Shown here piece by piece: positions 11,670-23,309 of a stretch of DNA of 33,107 nucleotides. The stretch is from the NCBI GenBank assembly GCA_032718475.1, contig JAUCBJ010004114.1, positions 1-33,107 of the forward strand. The letters run 5' to 3'. The translations under genes and the position numbers were made by a program. A model generated the notes under the pieces. That model made no database searches, was not told the DNA's origin, and saw only the letters and a program-made list of their open reading frames with translations. Origin of the DNA: Nemertoderma westbladi (Eukaryota; Animalia; Xenacoelomorpha). Position 1 is the stretch's first letter. Each line of letters starts with the position of its first letter.

Positions 11670-12222
11670 TTTCGGTTAACTTTATGAAAGTGGATGTACG
11701 TTTCAGTTAACTTTATGAAAGTGGATGTACGTTTCGGTTAACTTTATGAAAGTGGATGTACGTTTCGGTTAACTTTATGAAACTGGATGTACGTTTCGGT
11801 TAACTTTATGATAGTGGATGTACATTTCGGTTAACTTTATGAAACTGGATGTACGTTTCGGTTAACTTTATGAAACTGGATGTACGTTTCGGTTAACTTT
11901 ATTAAACTGGATGTACGTTTCGGTTAACTTTATGAAAGTGGATGTACATTTCGGTTAACTTTATGAAAGTGGATGTACGTTTCGGTTAACTTTATGAAAC
12001 TGGATGTACGTTTCGGTTAACTTTATGAAACTGGATGTACGTTTCGGTTAACTTTATGAAACTGGATGTACGTTTCGGTTAACTTTATGAAAGTGGATGT
12101 ACGTTTCGGTTAACTTTATGAAACTGGATGTACGTTTCGGTTAACTTTATGAAACTGGATGTACGTTTCGGTTAACTTTATGAAACTGGATGTACGTTTC
12201 GGTTAACTTTATGAAACGGATG
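11670..12222. repeat. 31-bp tandem array, ~17-18 copies
   Basis: Unit TTTCGGTTAACTTTATGAAA(C/G)TGGATGTACG, head-to-tail with no spacers. Confidence 0.95.
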
Positions 12223-12712
12223 AGTCCGGTAGCAACCTACGGGTCTCTGAACTATAGATCTAAGCCTCCCATTGATAAATGAAAATTCCACAAATTTCTA
12301 ATTCCGAATTCCAAAAATTCCACATTTCCAAAGCCTACTTTATAGTGTTATAGAAATTAAATTCAGAATTTCATACAAGAAAAAATCATACATAATTATT
12401 GATTTTTTCATTGATCAATTACACGAGATTATGAATTTAAGCTTATGGTTTTAACACTTGAATTTGTTCAAAATTACATTTCACTGTATGTAACTGGCAA
12501 TTTGAAAATCTATCGTAATGTGATAATAACGTGTATTATTAATATTATATCTAATACATAATTATTATATGTATTATTGATTAATCATACGTAATGTGTT
12601 AATTGTGAGATAATACAATATAATTTTGTCAATATTAAGTGGCAAAGTTGTCTTCGGCCGTTAGGCCAGGGAAAACATTACTCACAAAGTCTGACGACTT
12701 GTTTCCAGATAA

Positions 12713-12942
12713 GGGGGCGTTCATAAAGTATGTCACGCACTAGGGGGAGGGGGGGGGGGGTAGAGCTTTCGTGACATTTTGTGACAGGTGGGAGGGGGGT
12801 GTCGACCTTTGTGACGGTCACGGCGATGCATGCAATTAAATAAATTTACGAAAAGGGGTTTTTTGTGACAGAAGGGGGGGGGGGGGGGGGGGGGGGGTCA
12901 AAAAAATGGAAAATTTGCGTGACATACTTTATGAACGCCACC
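12713..12942. mobile_element. PIF/Harbinger (Tourist-like) MITE, 230 bp
   Basis: 27-bp TIR GGGGGCGTTCATAAAGTATGTCACGCA with one mismatch; TAA on both flanks (12710-12712, 12943-12945). Confidence 0.88.
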
Positions 12943-12959
12943 TAATTCCACCATATATT

Positions 12960-13140
12960 TATTCACCAGAGGATACTCCAGTACCCATTAAAGGACGCCC
13001 TTGAGAAATGCGCCCTAGCTCGTCCCTTTAAAGCGTTCGTCCTGAAACGAAAACTCTCCCGACCCCTTTGCGGGGATCGAACCCATGACCTCTGGAGAGA
13101 TGTTAATTAAAGGCAAAGGATTAACACTACACAAACTACA
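12960..13140 (-). mobile_element. Possible tRNA-derived SINE head
   Basis: Minus strand has the B-box-like GGTTCGATCCC (~13073-13084) with a weak A-box-like stretch upstream. No complete cloverleaf; boundaries are uncertain. Confidence 0.4.
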
Positions 13141-13817
13141 AGGACGGGAAGAACATAAAAAATGTTAGATTTTTGCTTGATCAAATGTGGCGTCGAATGC
13201 TGGACATTGACATTGACATATAGATTATCTATCATTACTAATATCAATATTAATTATAACAACACATTTTGATGCTAACAAATACTATAGTATTTGTAAT
13301 TTCTCTGAATGCTATTTTTAATGCAACTACGGCGACAATAAACCAAGAGGGATTCGAGCTGAGTTTCAGCAGAGTAAATGCAATACAAAAGACCGCAACT
13401 ACTTAAATTTATGCAAAAAAAACCGTAAGTCAACAAGACTTGCGGTTTTTTATCATTAGAATTTAATGAGGATTTCACATCTGGAAATGGCTTGGCGAGA
13501 TCTGTTGTATGCATTTTCAATAATTACTAGAAGTAGCTCCGATGAGAGAAAGCTTTTAATTTAAATGATGTTATTAATTCCATTAGTCATCTGAGGTCAA
13601 CCCACCCTACCCTAACTGTTTAATATGATACTGCCTTCTTAGGTTGTTTCGAGTTATCACTGTCTACCGGTCTGACCGTCAAGATGTAAATTTAGACAGA
13701 GCCAGATAAGATAATAGCAATTGTTTGGAATATGTGATTATTTGACGTTAATTAACGTTAAGGTAATTAAGCGTTAATTATTATAATTATGTTTTTATCA
13801 CTGTCAGTTGTTTGTAA

Positions 13818-14038
13818 TTTTTTAACGTTAAATACAATATATTTTGACGATCCAAACTGATTGTCAGTAATATGTCATTTTTTAACGTTAAACATACAAT
13901 ATATTTTGACGATCCAAACTGATTGTCAGTAATATGTCATTTTTGAACGTTAGACATACAATATATTTTGACGATCCAAACTGATTGTCAGTAATATGTC
14001 ATTTTTTAACGTTAAACATACAATATATTTTGACGTTA
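13818..14038. repeat. 62-bp subterminal tandem repeat, ~3.5 copies
   Basis: TTGTCAGTAATATGTCA recurs at 13861, 13923 and 13985. Confidence 0.9.
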
Positions 14039-15014
14039 ATTTGCGTTAATTTTTAACGTTAAAAGGGCGGCCAAACTAACGTTATTTATATGTATTATTA
14101 ACGTTAATAATTAACGTTGGCATTGTCAGAAAATAACGTATATTAATGCATTATTAACGTTAAATTGTTTGCAGGGACGGCACAAGTCAACATTACTGCC
14201 TTGATGATTCATAGACAAATACACAAAAATGTTACTTCTAATTATCTTAAGGCATCAAAAATAGACACATCACTGCAACAAATTGATTTAGTGTATACAG
14301 AGACCTTCAAAATTAAAGAGTAGTGATTAATTCACTATAGTTTTTGTACAAAATGTGTGGAATGGGTCAACTCAATATCAAGTAGTAATTGGTGGATATA
14401 GTCTTGACATTTTGTAAAATAACTCAAAAACTAATGACTCTACTCTTATTTTGAAGGTGTCATCACCCATTATTTCGATCATTTCTGTGATGTGTCTATT
14501 CTTGATTCCTTGAGATAATTCAATATATCATTTATAGTGTATTTGTCCATATCACATCAAGGCGGTAATGTAGACTTGTGCCGTACTTCACATTTTCTGC
14601 GATATCTCAAGAACTATTCGCTCTACGTTTGTTTTGAAGGTGTCTACCCCCACTAAATCGGACATTGCGGTTCTAATGAGCATAATATGAATGCAGTAGG
14701 AGAAATCAAAGTTGGCCATCGCGAAAATTGAGAATAATCATCACTTGCACCAAATGGTAGGTTCTGGCCATGTGCCTGTGGCACTAGTTCCCTTGACCCA
14801 AAAATTAAAATTTTGGTATCTAACTAAGTTTGAACCCATTTGATGACATTTGATGCATGCAGGAAGTTCCTTTTTGAGTCAGTGATCTTTCATCAATGTG
14901 TTATATTGTTATATATAACGGCATATAACCGGCACTCAGAGCGTCACATGCAGGCGAGGAGACGTAGAGGATATAAAATGTAGATAGAGTAGAGGGAGTA
15001 GATGTAGAGGAAGA

Positions 15015-15655
15015 GGGTATGTATTACCGTTAGCTAGAGGAGTTAGTATGGGTAGTAAGAGGGTACGTAGTACCGTTAGCTAGAGGAGTTAGTAGGGGTA
15101 GTAAGAGGGTACGTAGTGCCGTTAGCTAGAGGAGTTAGTAGAGGTAGTAAGAGGGTACGTAGTGCCGTTAGTTAGAAAGTTAGTAGAGTCAGCAGAGGTA
15201 GAGAGTCAGTAGAGTTGGCAGAAGTAGAAAGTTAGAGAGTTGGAGAGTTAGTAGAGAGTAAATGGAGTTAGCAGAGTTAGTAGAGCTAGTGGAGTAGACT
15301 TAGTAGAGAGTTAGTAGCGGAGTTAGAGTTAGTAGTAGAAGTTAGAGAGTCAGTAGAGTTAGAGAGCTAGGGAGTTAGCAGAGCTAGTGGAGTAGAATTA
15401 GTAGAGCTAATCAGTAGAGTTAGAGAGCTAGGAAGTTAGCAGAGCTTAGTAGAGCTAATCAGTAGAGTTAGAGAGCTAGGGAGTTAGTAGAGCTAGTGGA
15501 GTAGAGTTAGTAGAGCTAATCAGTAGAGTTAGAGAGCTAGGGAGTTAGTAGACCTAGTGGAGTAGAGTTAGTAGAGCCATCTAGCAGAGTTAGTAGAGCT
15601 AGTGGGGTTAGTAGAGTTAGCAGTAAGACAGTAGAGACCATAGAAGTAGTAGCTA
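15015..15655 (+). repeat. Purine/TAG-rich tandem and low-complexity repeats
   Basis: ~46-bp units GAGGGTACGTAGTACCGTTAGCTAGAGGAGTTAGTA..., followed by degenerate TAGAGTTAG/TAGAGCTAG repeats. Confidence 0.85.
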
Positions 15656-15699
15656 GAAAGGGTAGATAGGGTAATAGCACAGAATAGGGGCAAATATCA

Positions 15700-15910
15700 G
15701 GATCACCTCCGAACTACAGAAGGGCCTTCTAGGTGGCTTTCGGAGGTCTGGTAGACCATCCGGGGCTGGAGGGCGAGTCGGTGTAATACAACAGCCGGCA
15801 TCCAGTAGACAGGGAGGTGGATACACAAGAGAGCTGGGAGAAGTTGGAAGCGGATAGACTGGAGGGGAAGCGACTGGAAGAAGTCGCCAGGCGAGAAAGG
15901 CAGAGAGAGA
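15700..15910 (+). pseudogene. Fragment of the accessory (exonuclease/zinc-knuckle) ORF
   Basis: Aligns by eye to ~24267-24480 (GSP.NYRRAF..AF.GLVDHPGL.GESV.YNSRH) with in-frame stops. Confidence 0.85.
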
Positions 15911-16728
15911 GTAGTGGGTAGTAGGAATGAAGCGCATTATGTAGACGAGCATATAATACATAATATAATAATTATAATTATAATATTATAAAAAATTATA
16001 TAATAACTCGTATATATATTATACAGTATGTACCGTAGTCAAGCACAACCTTTTCCAATTAGCTACTGGGACTGGGGACTAATTGACTAGGGTGACAGGA
16101 CGGGACTTAGATGGCTTCCACCAACATGATGTACACATGTGTGGGACCCGAAAAGTGTGTGGTCATTGAACAACAGGGCGGAGTTCAGGATTTACTGTGA
16201 AAGCTCGTATCCTCCGGGATAAGAATCGTGCGGATGGGCACTACCGGGATAAGAGTAGGAGGGGCACTTGGTGGGACCACAGGCATGGAGAGCGAGGAGT
16301 ACGAGAGGAGTATGAGAGGAATGTGAGAAGAGTATGGGAGGAGAACGTAAGAGAGATAGCGAGAGGTGGTGTGGAGATAGTATGGAGAGAGTGTGGGCGC
16401 AATTCAAGTGTGGGGGGGAGAAGTGAGAGGAAGAGTGTGGGACGAGGAGGTCCGAGAGTATGCGAGAGTTAGGGTGAGAGTCGAGGAGAGTTAGGGCGAA
16501 AGTGTTGGGGAAACAAAAGTTGTGTGAGAGAAGCGCACGATCGGCCCGACACGGGACGCCAGACAAACGGGGTAGCATTATCATACCCATAGGGAGCGGC
16601 CTGGAAAGCCGGCTCCGAGAGAAAATAGTTCCACCCCACACCCGATAATAGATCGAGTTTCTCGCGGAATTAAAGCGCACTTTGAGGTTGATGCTATCTT
16701 CTCACCGGGAAGATAGCATGGGGGGGAG

Positions 16729-17296
16729 TGTGAGCAAATCAATTCCGCCTCACCAAACCCCATAAAGTGAGCCGTTAAGCAATATTGGGAACACGAGGTT
16801 GATTACCAATATCAACCTCGTGTCACCCAACAAAGTGGGAAGGAGAAAACACACACACACACGCACAATAAGGGTCAGGGGTTACGCCCCTGAAAGAGAG
16901 AGAATAGCAGGGGCAAAGGGAAGCACTTCAGGGAGGGTGAAAGGGCGACAACAGGGTTATTAGCCAATGGGGGGAAGGCACCGGCTGAGTAGTGATTATG
17001 TGGCCAACCGTGCAATATATATATTACCGGTAACCGTGTCATTCATTCAGTTCAGCTAGTCAGTGCAGTTAGGGTGGAGCGGGAACTTCTATCACTGTCC
17101 GCTACCGCCATCACATGTAATACTTTACCGGTATATCATTCAGCTATCTTCTGTGTCTATGTTCTATTTATTATTTATACATATGCCTATCAACAACATC
17201 GGGACTCTCATTGCAACAAACTCTTTTCATACACGGCGGGGACGCGTAAGATAGAAAACCCAAAAGGATAAATCGGGGTCGACCGATCCCGTCACA
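16729..17296 (+). repeat. 3' LTR of the nested element (568 bp, different subfamily)
   Basis: TGTGAG...GTCACA, preceded by a PPT. U3 is very similar to the 7362 LTR while R is diverged. Confidence 0.92.
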
Positions 17297-20109
17297 CGTA
17301 CCATAAACATACCGGTCGACGAACCGAACACGGACAGGACATATTACTTGCCACTCCACGTGGCTTTAGATCCGAAGAAAGGTAAACTGCGGATGGTAGT
17401 GGATGCATTAAGAGACACAGTAAAGGGAAAGGAAGATAAGTACAGCACTAGAGCCGTCAATATGATTCGACGCGGCTTCTACGTAGACGATGGGATGGAG
17501 TCTGGAAACACGATTGAGGAGCTACTGGACACAGGGCGCAAGGTTCGCGACATCCTTAAAGGATCCGGCTTCAACCTGACCAAATTTCAATCCAGTTCGA
17601 AGGAATTTATCGAGGCGATAAGGGATGAGAGACCAGGATTGACCATGGATAATCCCACAACAGCCAAGCGGCAGGACATGGCGAACAAGAGAATAGAGTC
17701 TCAACAGAAGGCGCTGGGAATCGTGTGGAACAGAGAGATGGATGAACTGAAGTACCAGTTGAGTCAGGAGGGCGCAGATACCCACACAAAAAGGGGTTAT
17801 GTGTCATACACAGCAAGGATATACGATCCCCTAGGCCTAGCATCCCCACTACTAGTCACGGGGAAACAGATACTCAAGAGAGTATACAAGCTAAAGGACG
17901 AGTGGGACACAGAGGTCCCGGAAGAGATTAGAAAGCAGTGGTATAAGTGGACATGGGAACATACAGCATGCCACGAGTGTATTTCCCGGATGGGGACATG
18001 ACGAATCTGGACCTACACATGTTCTCCGATGCGTCGTTGGAGGCATACAGAGTGGCACTCTATTTAGTACAATGAGAGGGGGCTCACAAGCCCAGACTCG
18101 CCTTCAGCAAAGCGAAGTCAACGCCACCAGATTCAGCATCAGTTCCCAAACTAGAATTGACAGCTGCGGGACTAGGAGTTACGGCTACAGCCTACCTAAT
18201 GGACGCTATTCCCAACATAGTGGAGACGCACTACTGGACAGATTCCATGGTAGTGCTTGGTTGGCTACATAATGAAAGGACGAGATACCCTATATTCGTC
18301 GCGAATAGGGTGGACGAAATAAGGGCGACCACAGAACTGGAAAGGTGGCACTACTGCCCAACGGACGAGAACCCGGCGGACTTGTTATCGAGGGGCATGG
18401 TACGCCACACTTTCTTGAAGAAGGAAGTATTGTGGCAACACGGGCCACAGTTTCTGAGTGATAGGGAGGCCTGGCCGCCGATGAGAAAGGTGGACCCGGG
18501 CTTAGGAGAAGTAGTGTCAGAAGGAGAAGAGGGAGACTCAGAGGGAGAGGAGATATACTCCCAGATGGTGAGGGAGATAAGGGACGTGCAACCAAAACCA
18601 GGAGAACTGTGCGATAACCCGACGGATAAACTCCTTAACTACAGTTCTAGTTGGTACAAGACCAAGAAGTTAGTGGCATACTGGAGAGCCTTCCGGAATT
18701 TCCTCAGGGGAGTTGGTAGAGACGTGAAGATTAGAACGACAATAGACCTGGAAGGAGCGGCCAAAGCAGTAATCCGCTACGAGCAGAGGAAGAACTACAG
18801 CGACGAGGTGGAGAGCGTCGGTAAGCAACAGCATCTCCGGCGGGACAGCGAGCGGATCACGCTGTCACCACAACTTAATGACGACGGGATTCTAGTAATG
18901 AACTCTAGGGTGGGATACAACAACAGTATCGTCGTACCACCGAAGCCCATCATCATCCCCACAGGATCGCCAATAGTCCACTAGATTATCTGGGACTCCC
19001 ACAAGTCGATATTGCACGGGGGCACCAACCGAACCCTCACGGAGATAAGGAGGACCTTTTGGGTCAAACAGTTGAGGAAGAAGGTAAAGGCGGTAGCGGG
19101 GCAGTGCCAGACCTGCCGACGAGCGAAGAAGGAGCGAGCCATACAGGAGATGGCACCACTACCAGCAAGTAGGGTAAGACAGCACGACCAGCCATTTACA
19201 CATTGCGGTATGGACATGTTCGGGCCGATAAAGATCAAGGTGATGCGGCACACGGAGAAACGCTACGGTATTATCTTCGTATGTAATAACACGCTGGCGG
19301 TAGGGATAGCACTCGCCCAAGATGCAACCGCATCGGCATTCATTAATGCCTTAGAGAGGTTTAGAGACCGCAAAGGTGGGACGATCGCAGTAATATACTC
19401 AGACAACGGGACCAACTTTGTGGGGGCGGAGAACGAAATGGCAGAGGCCTTGGATATCCTGGAAGGAGAGGAAGTCAGGGCAGCCATGAGGCGACGACAA
19501 GTAAAATGGGAGAGGAGGACGCCGTATGCACCGCATACCCTAGGATGCGTCGAGAGACTAGTGGGTAGTTTGAAGCGTCGGATGACGAAGTTGATGAACA
19601 CCCATATGGTCACGGAGGATGTGCTAAGGACAGTACTTGCGAAGTGTGAGGGTATCATTAATAGCAGACCGCTATATCCAGAGAATGATGACCCTGAATC
19701 GCTAGACGTACTGACACCCAGCCATTTCCTAATGGAAAGGCCAGCGACCATCGATATGCGGGGTGTAGACCCAGATGACATACACTCACGCCAGAGTTGG
19801 AAAGTTGCTAAGGCGATAAGCGCAGAGTATTGGAGGAGATGGGTTGAGGAATACCTACCCACGCTTCACAGAAGAAGTAAGTGGAGGAAGACGAACAGAG
19901 AGCTGAAAGAGGGTGATCTCGTGATCGTCACGGATGATACCATCATCAACAACCAGTGGCGGTTGGCGAGGGTTGTAGGCACTTACTCCGATGAGGACGG
20001 AAGAGTCCGATCGGTAGAAGTGCGGATAGGTGGCAAGATTGGTGCCAAAGACAGGAAAACCTACAAAAGGGCTGTAGGGAAGTGCTGTCATCTGGAAGGA
20101 GCACCTTGA
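17297..20109 (+). pseudogene. pol: BEL/Pao pol: partial RT, RNase H, integrase
   Basis: RT: YYLPLHV..PKKGKLRMVVDA, FYVDD, GFNLTKF, YDPLGL. RNase H: LHMFSDAS, PKLEL.AA, WTDS, FVANRV, ENPAD. Integrase: H..HGG..CQTC, MDMFGP, SDNGTNF, ERLV, WRRWVEEYLPTL. Frameshifts at ~17960-18160 and an in-frame TAG at 18982. Confidence 0.95.
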
Positions 20110-20271
20110 TATAAAGCAAGAGTAGAGTTTAGTCGTCCAAGTTTTGGACTGAGGGGGGCGGGATTGAGGGCGAGACGCCCTTCCCACACAAAAAAAATAA
20201 AATAAAAAAAAATAATAATAATAATAATAACTAGGTACGCAGTAAGTAGGCGGATAGAAGTTAGTTAATTC

Positions 20272-20600
20272 AGTAAGAGAGAGTAAGAGTTAGAGGGTAC
20301 GTAGTACCGTTAGTTAGTTAGAGAGAGTAAGAGTTAGAGGGTATGTAGTACCATTAGTTAGAGAGAGTAAGAGTTAGAAGGTATGTAGTACTGTTAGTTA
20401 GTTAGAAAGAGTAAGAGTTAGAGGGTACGTAGTACCGTTAGTTAGAGAGAGTAAGAGTTAGAGGGTACGTAGTACTGTTAGTTAGTTAGAGAGAGTGAGA
20501 GTTAGAGGGTACGTAGTACCGTTAGTTAGTTAGAGAGTGTAAGAGTTAGAGGGTACGTAATACCGTTAGTTAGAGAGAGTTAGAAGTTAGTAAGAAAGTA
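20272..20600 (+). repeat. 40-44-bp purine-rich tandem repeat after pol (~7 copies)
   Basis: Unit GAGAGAGTAAGAGTTAGAGGGTACGTAGTACCGTTA(GTTA)GTTA. Confidence 0.9.
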
Positions 20601-21101
20601 TGTAGTACTAGTTAGTAAGAGATAGAGGTAGAAGGGTATATATAGTATAGATATCAGTCAGTAGTTAGTAGCGAGAGGGGGGCATATGAGTACAGCTGGA
20701 TAAATCGTGTAGGCCGCGCGACGCATACTGTTGTACTGCACAAGCCCACAGAGTAGGCCAGAATGTGGATTAGGAAATAGAATGATCCATAGGCAATAGT
20801 AAGTAGTAGGACAGTAGAATTCAAATTAGATTAAAATAAAATAAAATAGGGCTGATAAATTAACAAATTACAGTAACAATAGAAAGGAAAATTCTGGAAT
20901 ATAATAAAAGTAACTGACAAAATTCGCAATTTAGGTACAATTTGGTAGCTACAGAAATAATGCAGTGTAAATAGGCTAATTAACTTAGTAATCCAGAGGG
21001 AGATAGGCCATCGAACTGAAATAAACCATCTAAACCTCACTCATCCTATAACGCCTTGGTAAGGCACCACCCAAAGGGTGAGCGATCGGGAAGAGTTCGA
21101 G

Positions 21102-22043
21102 ATGGCAAGCAAACTTGTGCGAAAGAGAAAGGCAGAGCTAGGAGGAAAGGAGATACTGGAGGATTTCACCAAGAGACATCCGGAAGAGAGGACGAGGGGA
21201 TACTATGAGCGGTTAGAAAAGGGTCATGCAGCACGAGCGTTACAGGACCACTTTAGGGAGATGCATGAACAGCGGCTGGTCGGGACCTACGGGACGCCGT
21301 CGCTGGACAACGTGATCTTCGAACATTTCCACTACGTGGTGAAAGTAGACGAGGCGAAGTTCGGGATTCCGAAGTACGCGAGAGAGTCACCGAGGAAAGA
21401 TTGGAAGAGGTTCATAGAGTCCGTCAACAGGGGGGGATACATTTTCCTAGACAACGAAGGGACCGTGGAAGACGAGGAGGGTTCAAGGAGAGGATCGGCG
21501 GGATCGGCCAGAAGCTTACTCCTACATTTGGCCGCGCCAAATGGGGACATTTTCCTGTTTGACCTAGGAACGTATGGGAAGAAGGAGTTCCGGTGGGGCT
21601 TCTTTAACATCAATCAGGAGGCTCACATGGAAATTATCAAACAGAGGCTTCCGTTTACCTACCAGGAAGTGGTGACGGCGGCATCGTATGCCGGGGTGAT
21701 AAATACGCAGAGGTATTTGGATAGGTGGACGCCACAGAACAAAGGAGAGTTTAGGGATTTCTTGGCGGAGCATGTGCCGCAGGCAATGAAGATGATCTTA
21801 TGGGACGCCACCAGGGGGAGACAACAGGGCCACTCGGAGGGGCCACCCGTGAAGCGATATCGGGAGCTGATAACACCGGCACCCAAGGAGCCAACGACCG
21901 GGATCAGTAAGGAGGTGGCGGCGAGAGTCCGAAGACAGAAAGCAGATCCCAGAGGAGTGGCAGTAACCAGGAAACGACCCAGGGAGGAGGACGGCAAAGG
22001 GAAAGACTTGAGGTGGTTCCCAAAGGCTGGTGGAACGAACTAA
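21102..22043 (+). pseudogene. Accessory ORF copy 1, with an in-frame internal deletion of 1608 bp
   Basis: Highly similar to 23310-25862 but joins GTYGKK directly to EFRWGFF at an AGGA microhomology (21583-21586). Keeps ExoI-like FLDNEG but loses the rest of the exonuclease and the zinc knuckles. Confidence 0.85.
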
Positions 22044-23309
22044 GACTTCTGTGTAACATGCCTGGAAGGCACCACGCGAGACGTGCGAACTCTTAAATAC
22101 AAATTCAAATAATGTAAATAATCGAATAAGTGCAATTTGTATGTACGTATGTAGCAATCGGTAATCTAGTAATAAAATATATTTTCGAAGTAAGTACTAT
22201 AGTTATATAACCTTTCTCAACTAGCTACTGGGACTGGGGCCAACTGACTATGGCGCTATGGACGAGACAATAGACAATTTCACACTTCTTGAGTGCGACG
22301 GCACAGGGGGAGGGGTGAGATTCGTCAGGAGTGAGTGAGTAAGAGGAGGGGTCGAGAAAAGTGTGATAGTGCGGAGTGCGAAGAGAGCGTGAGCGCAATT
22401 CAAGTGTGGGGGGGGGGGGGGAGAAGTAAGAGGAAGATTGAAAGACGAGGAGGTTCGGGCGTACGTAAGAGTTGGGGTGAGAGTAGAGTAGAGTTGGAGT
22501 GGCGAAAGTGTTGGGGAAACAAAAGTCGTGTGGGAGGAGCGCGCGATCGGCCCGACACGGGACGCCAGGCAAACGGGTAGCGTTATCATACCCATAGGGA
22601 GCGGCCTGGAAAGCCGGCTCCGAAAGAAAATAGTTCCACCCCACAAACGATACTAGGTCGAGATCCAGCGGAATTGTAGTGCACTAGAGGTAGATGCTAT
22701 CTTCTCACCGGGAGGATAGTAAGAGTAAGAGTAAGAGAGAGTAAGAGTTTAGAGGGTACGTAGTACCGTTAGTTAGAGAGAGTTAGAAGTTAGTAAGAAA
22801 GTACGTAGTACTAGTTAGTAAGAGATAGAGGTAGAAGGGTATATATAGTATAGATATTAGTCAGTAGTGAGTAGCGAGAGGGGGGCATATGAGTACAGCT
22901 GGATAAATCGTGTGGCCACGCTACGCATACTGTTGTACTGCACAGGTCCCACAGAATAGGCCAGAATGTGGATTATAAAATAAAATAATCCATAGGCAAT
23001 AGTAAGTAGTAGGACAGTAGAATTTAAATTAAATTAAAATAAAAATAAGAATAGGGCTAAAAATTAGCAAATTATGGTAACAGTAGAAAAGGAAATTCTG
23101 GAATATAATTAAAGTAACGGACAAAATTGTGATTTAGGGTACTTTTAGTAGCTTCATAATTAAGTAGTGTAAAAAAAAATAGGCAATAACTTAGAAATTC
23201 AGAGAGAGATAGGCCATCGAACTGAAATAAACCATCTAAACCTATCACTCATCATATAGCGCCTTGGTAAGGCACCACCCAAAGGGTGAGCGATCGGGCA
23301 GAGTTCGAG

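Larger units (their letters stand above)
11099..14176. mobile_element. Non-autonomous CMC/EnSpm(CACTA)-like DNA transposon
   Basis: TIR CCCTGCAAAC ... GTTTGCAGGG. 2-bp TSD AC, with the empty site AAGTACGGCAC recoverable from the opposite arm of the host foldback. Many subterminal AACGTT motifs at both ends. Superfamily inferred from CCC ends plus 2-bp TSD. Confidence 0.8.
10598..14913. mobile_element. Foldback (long-TIR) non-autonomous DNA element, interrupted by the 11099-14176 element and truncated on the right
   Basis: 10768-11098 plus 14177-~14350 is the diverged reverse complement of ~14425-14913. The left boundary is approximate. Confidence 0.8.
14914..17296 (+). mobile_element. 3' part of a second, related BEL/Pao element nested in the outer element's RT
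   Basis: Contains the AG-rich repeats, a fragment of the accessory ORF, the shared 3' UTR, a PPT (GGGGGGGAG, 16720-16728) and an LTR. The 5' half is missing. Outer pol resumes at 17297. Confidence 0.8.

Noticed and set aside
12210-12260. GATGAGTCC resembling a hammerhead core
   Set aside because: Lacks CTGATGA and a correctly placed downstream GAAA and stems.
16192-16680. Antisense ORFs recurring in the three 3' UTR copies (also 22225-22646 and 26038-26510)
   Set aside because: Frames shift between copies; similarity reflects nucleotide repeat homology and the stop-poor pyrimidine-rich strand.
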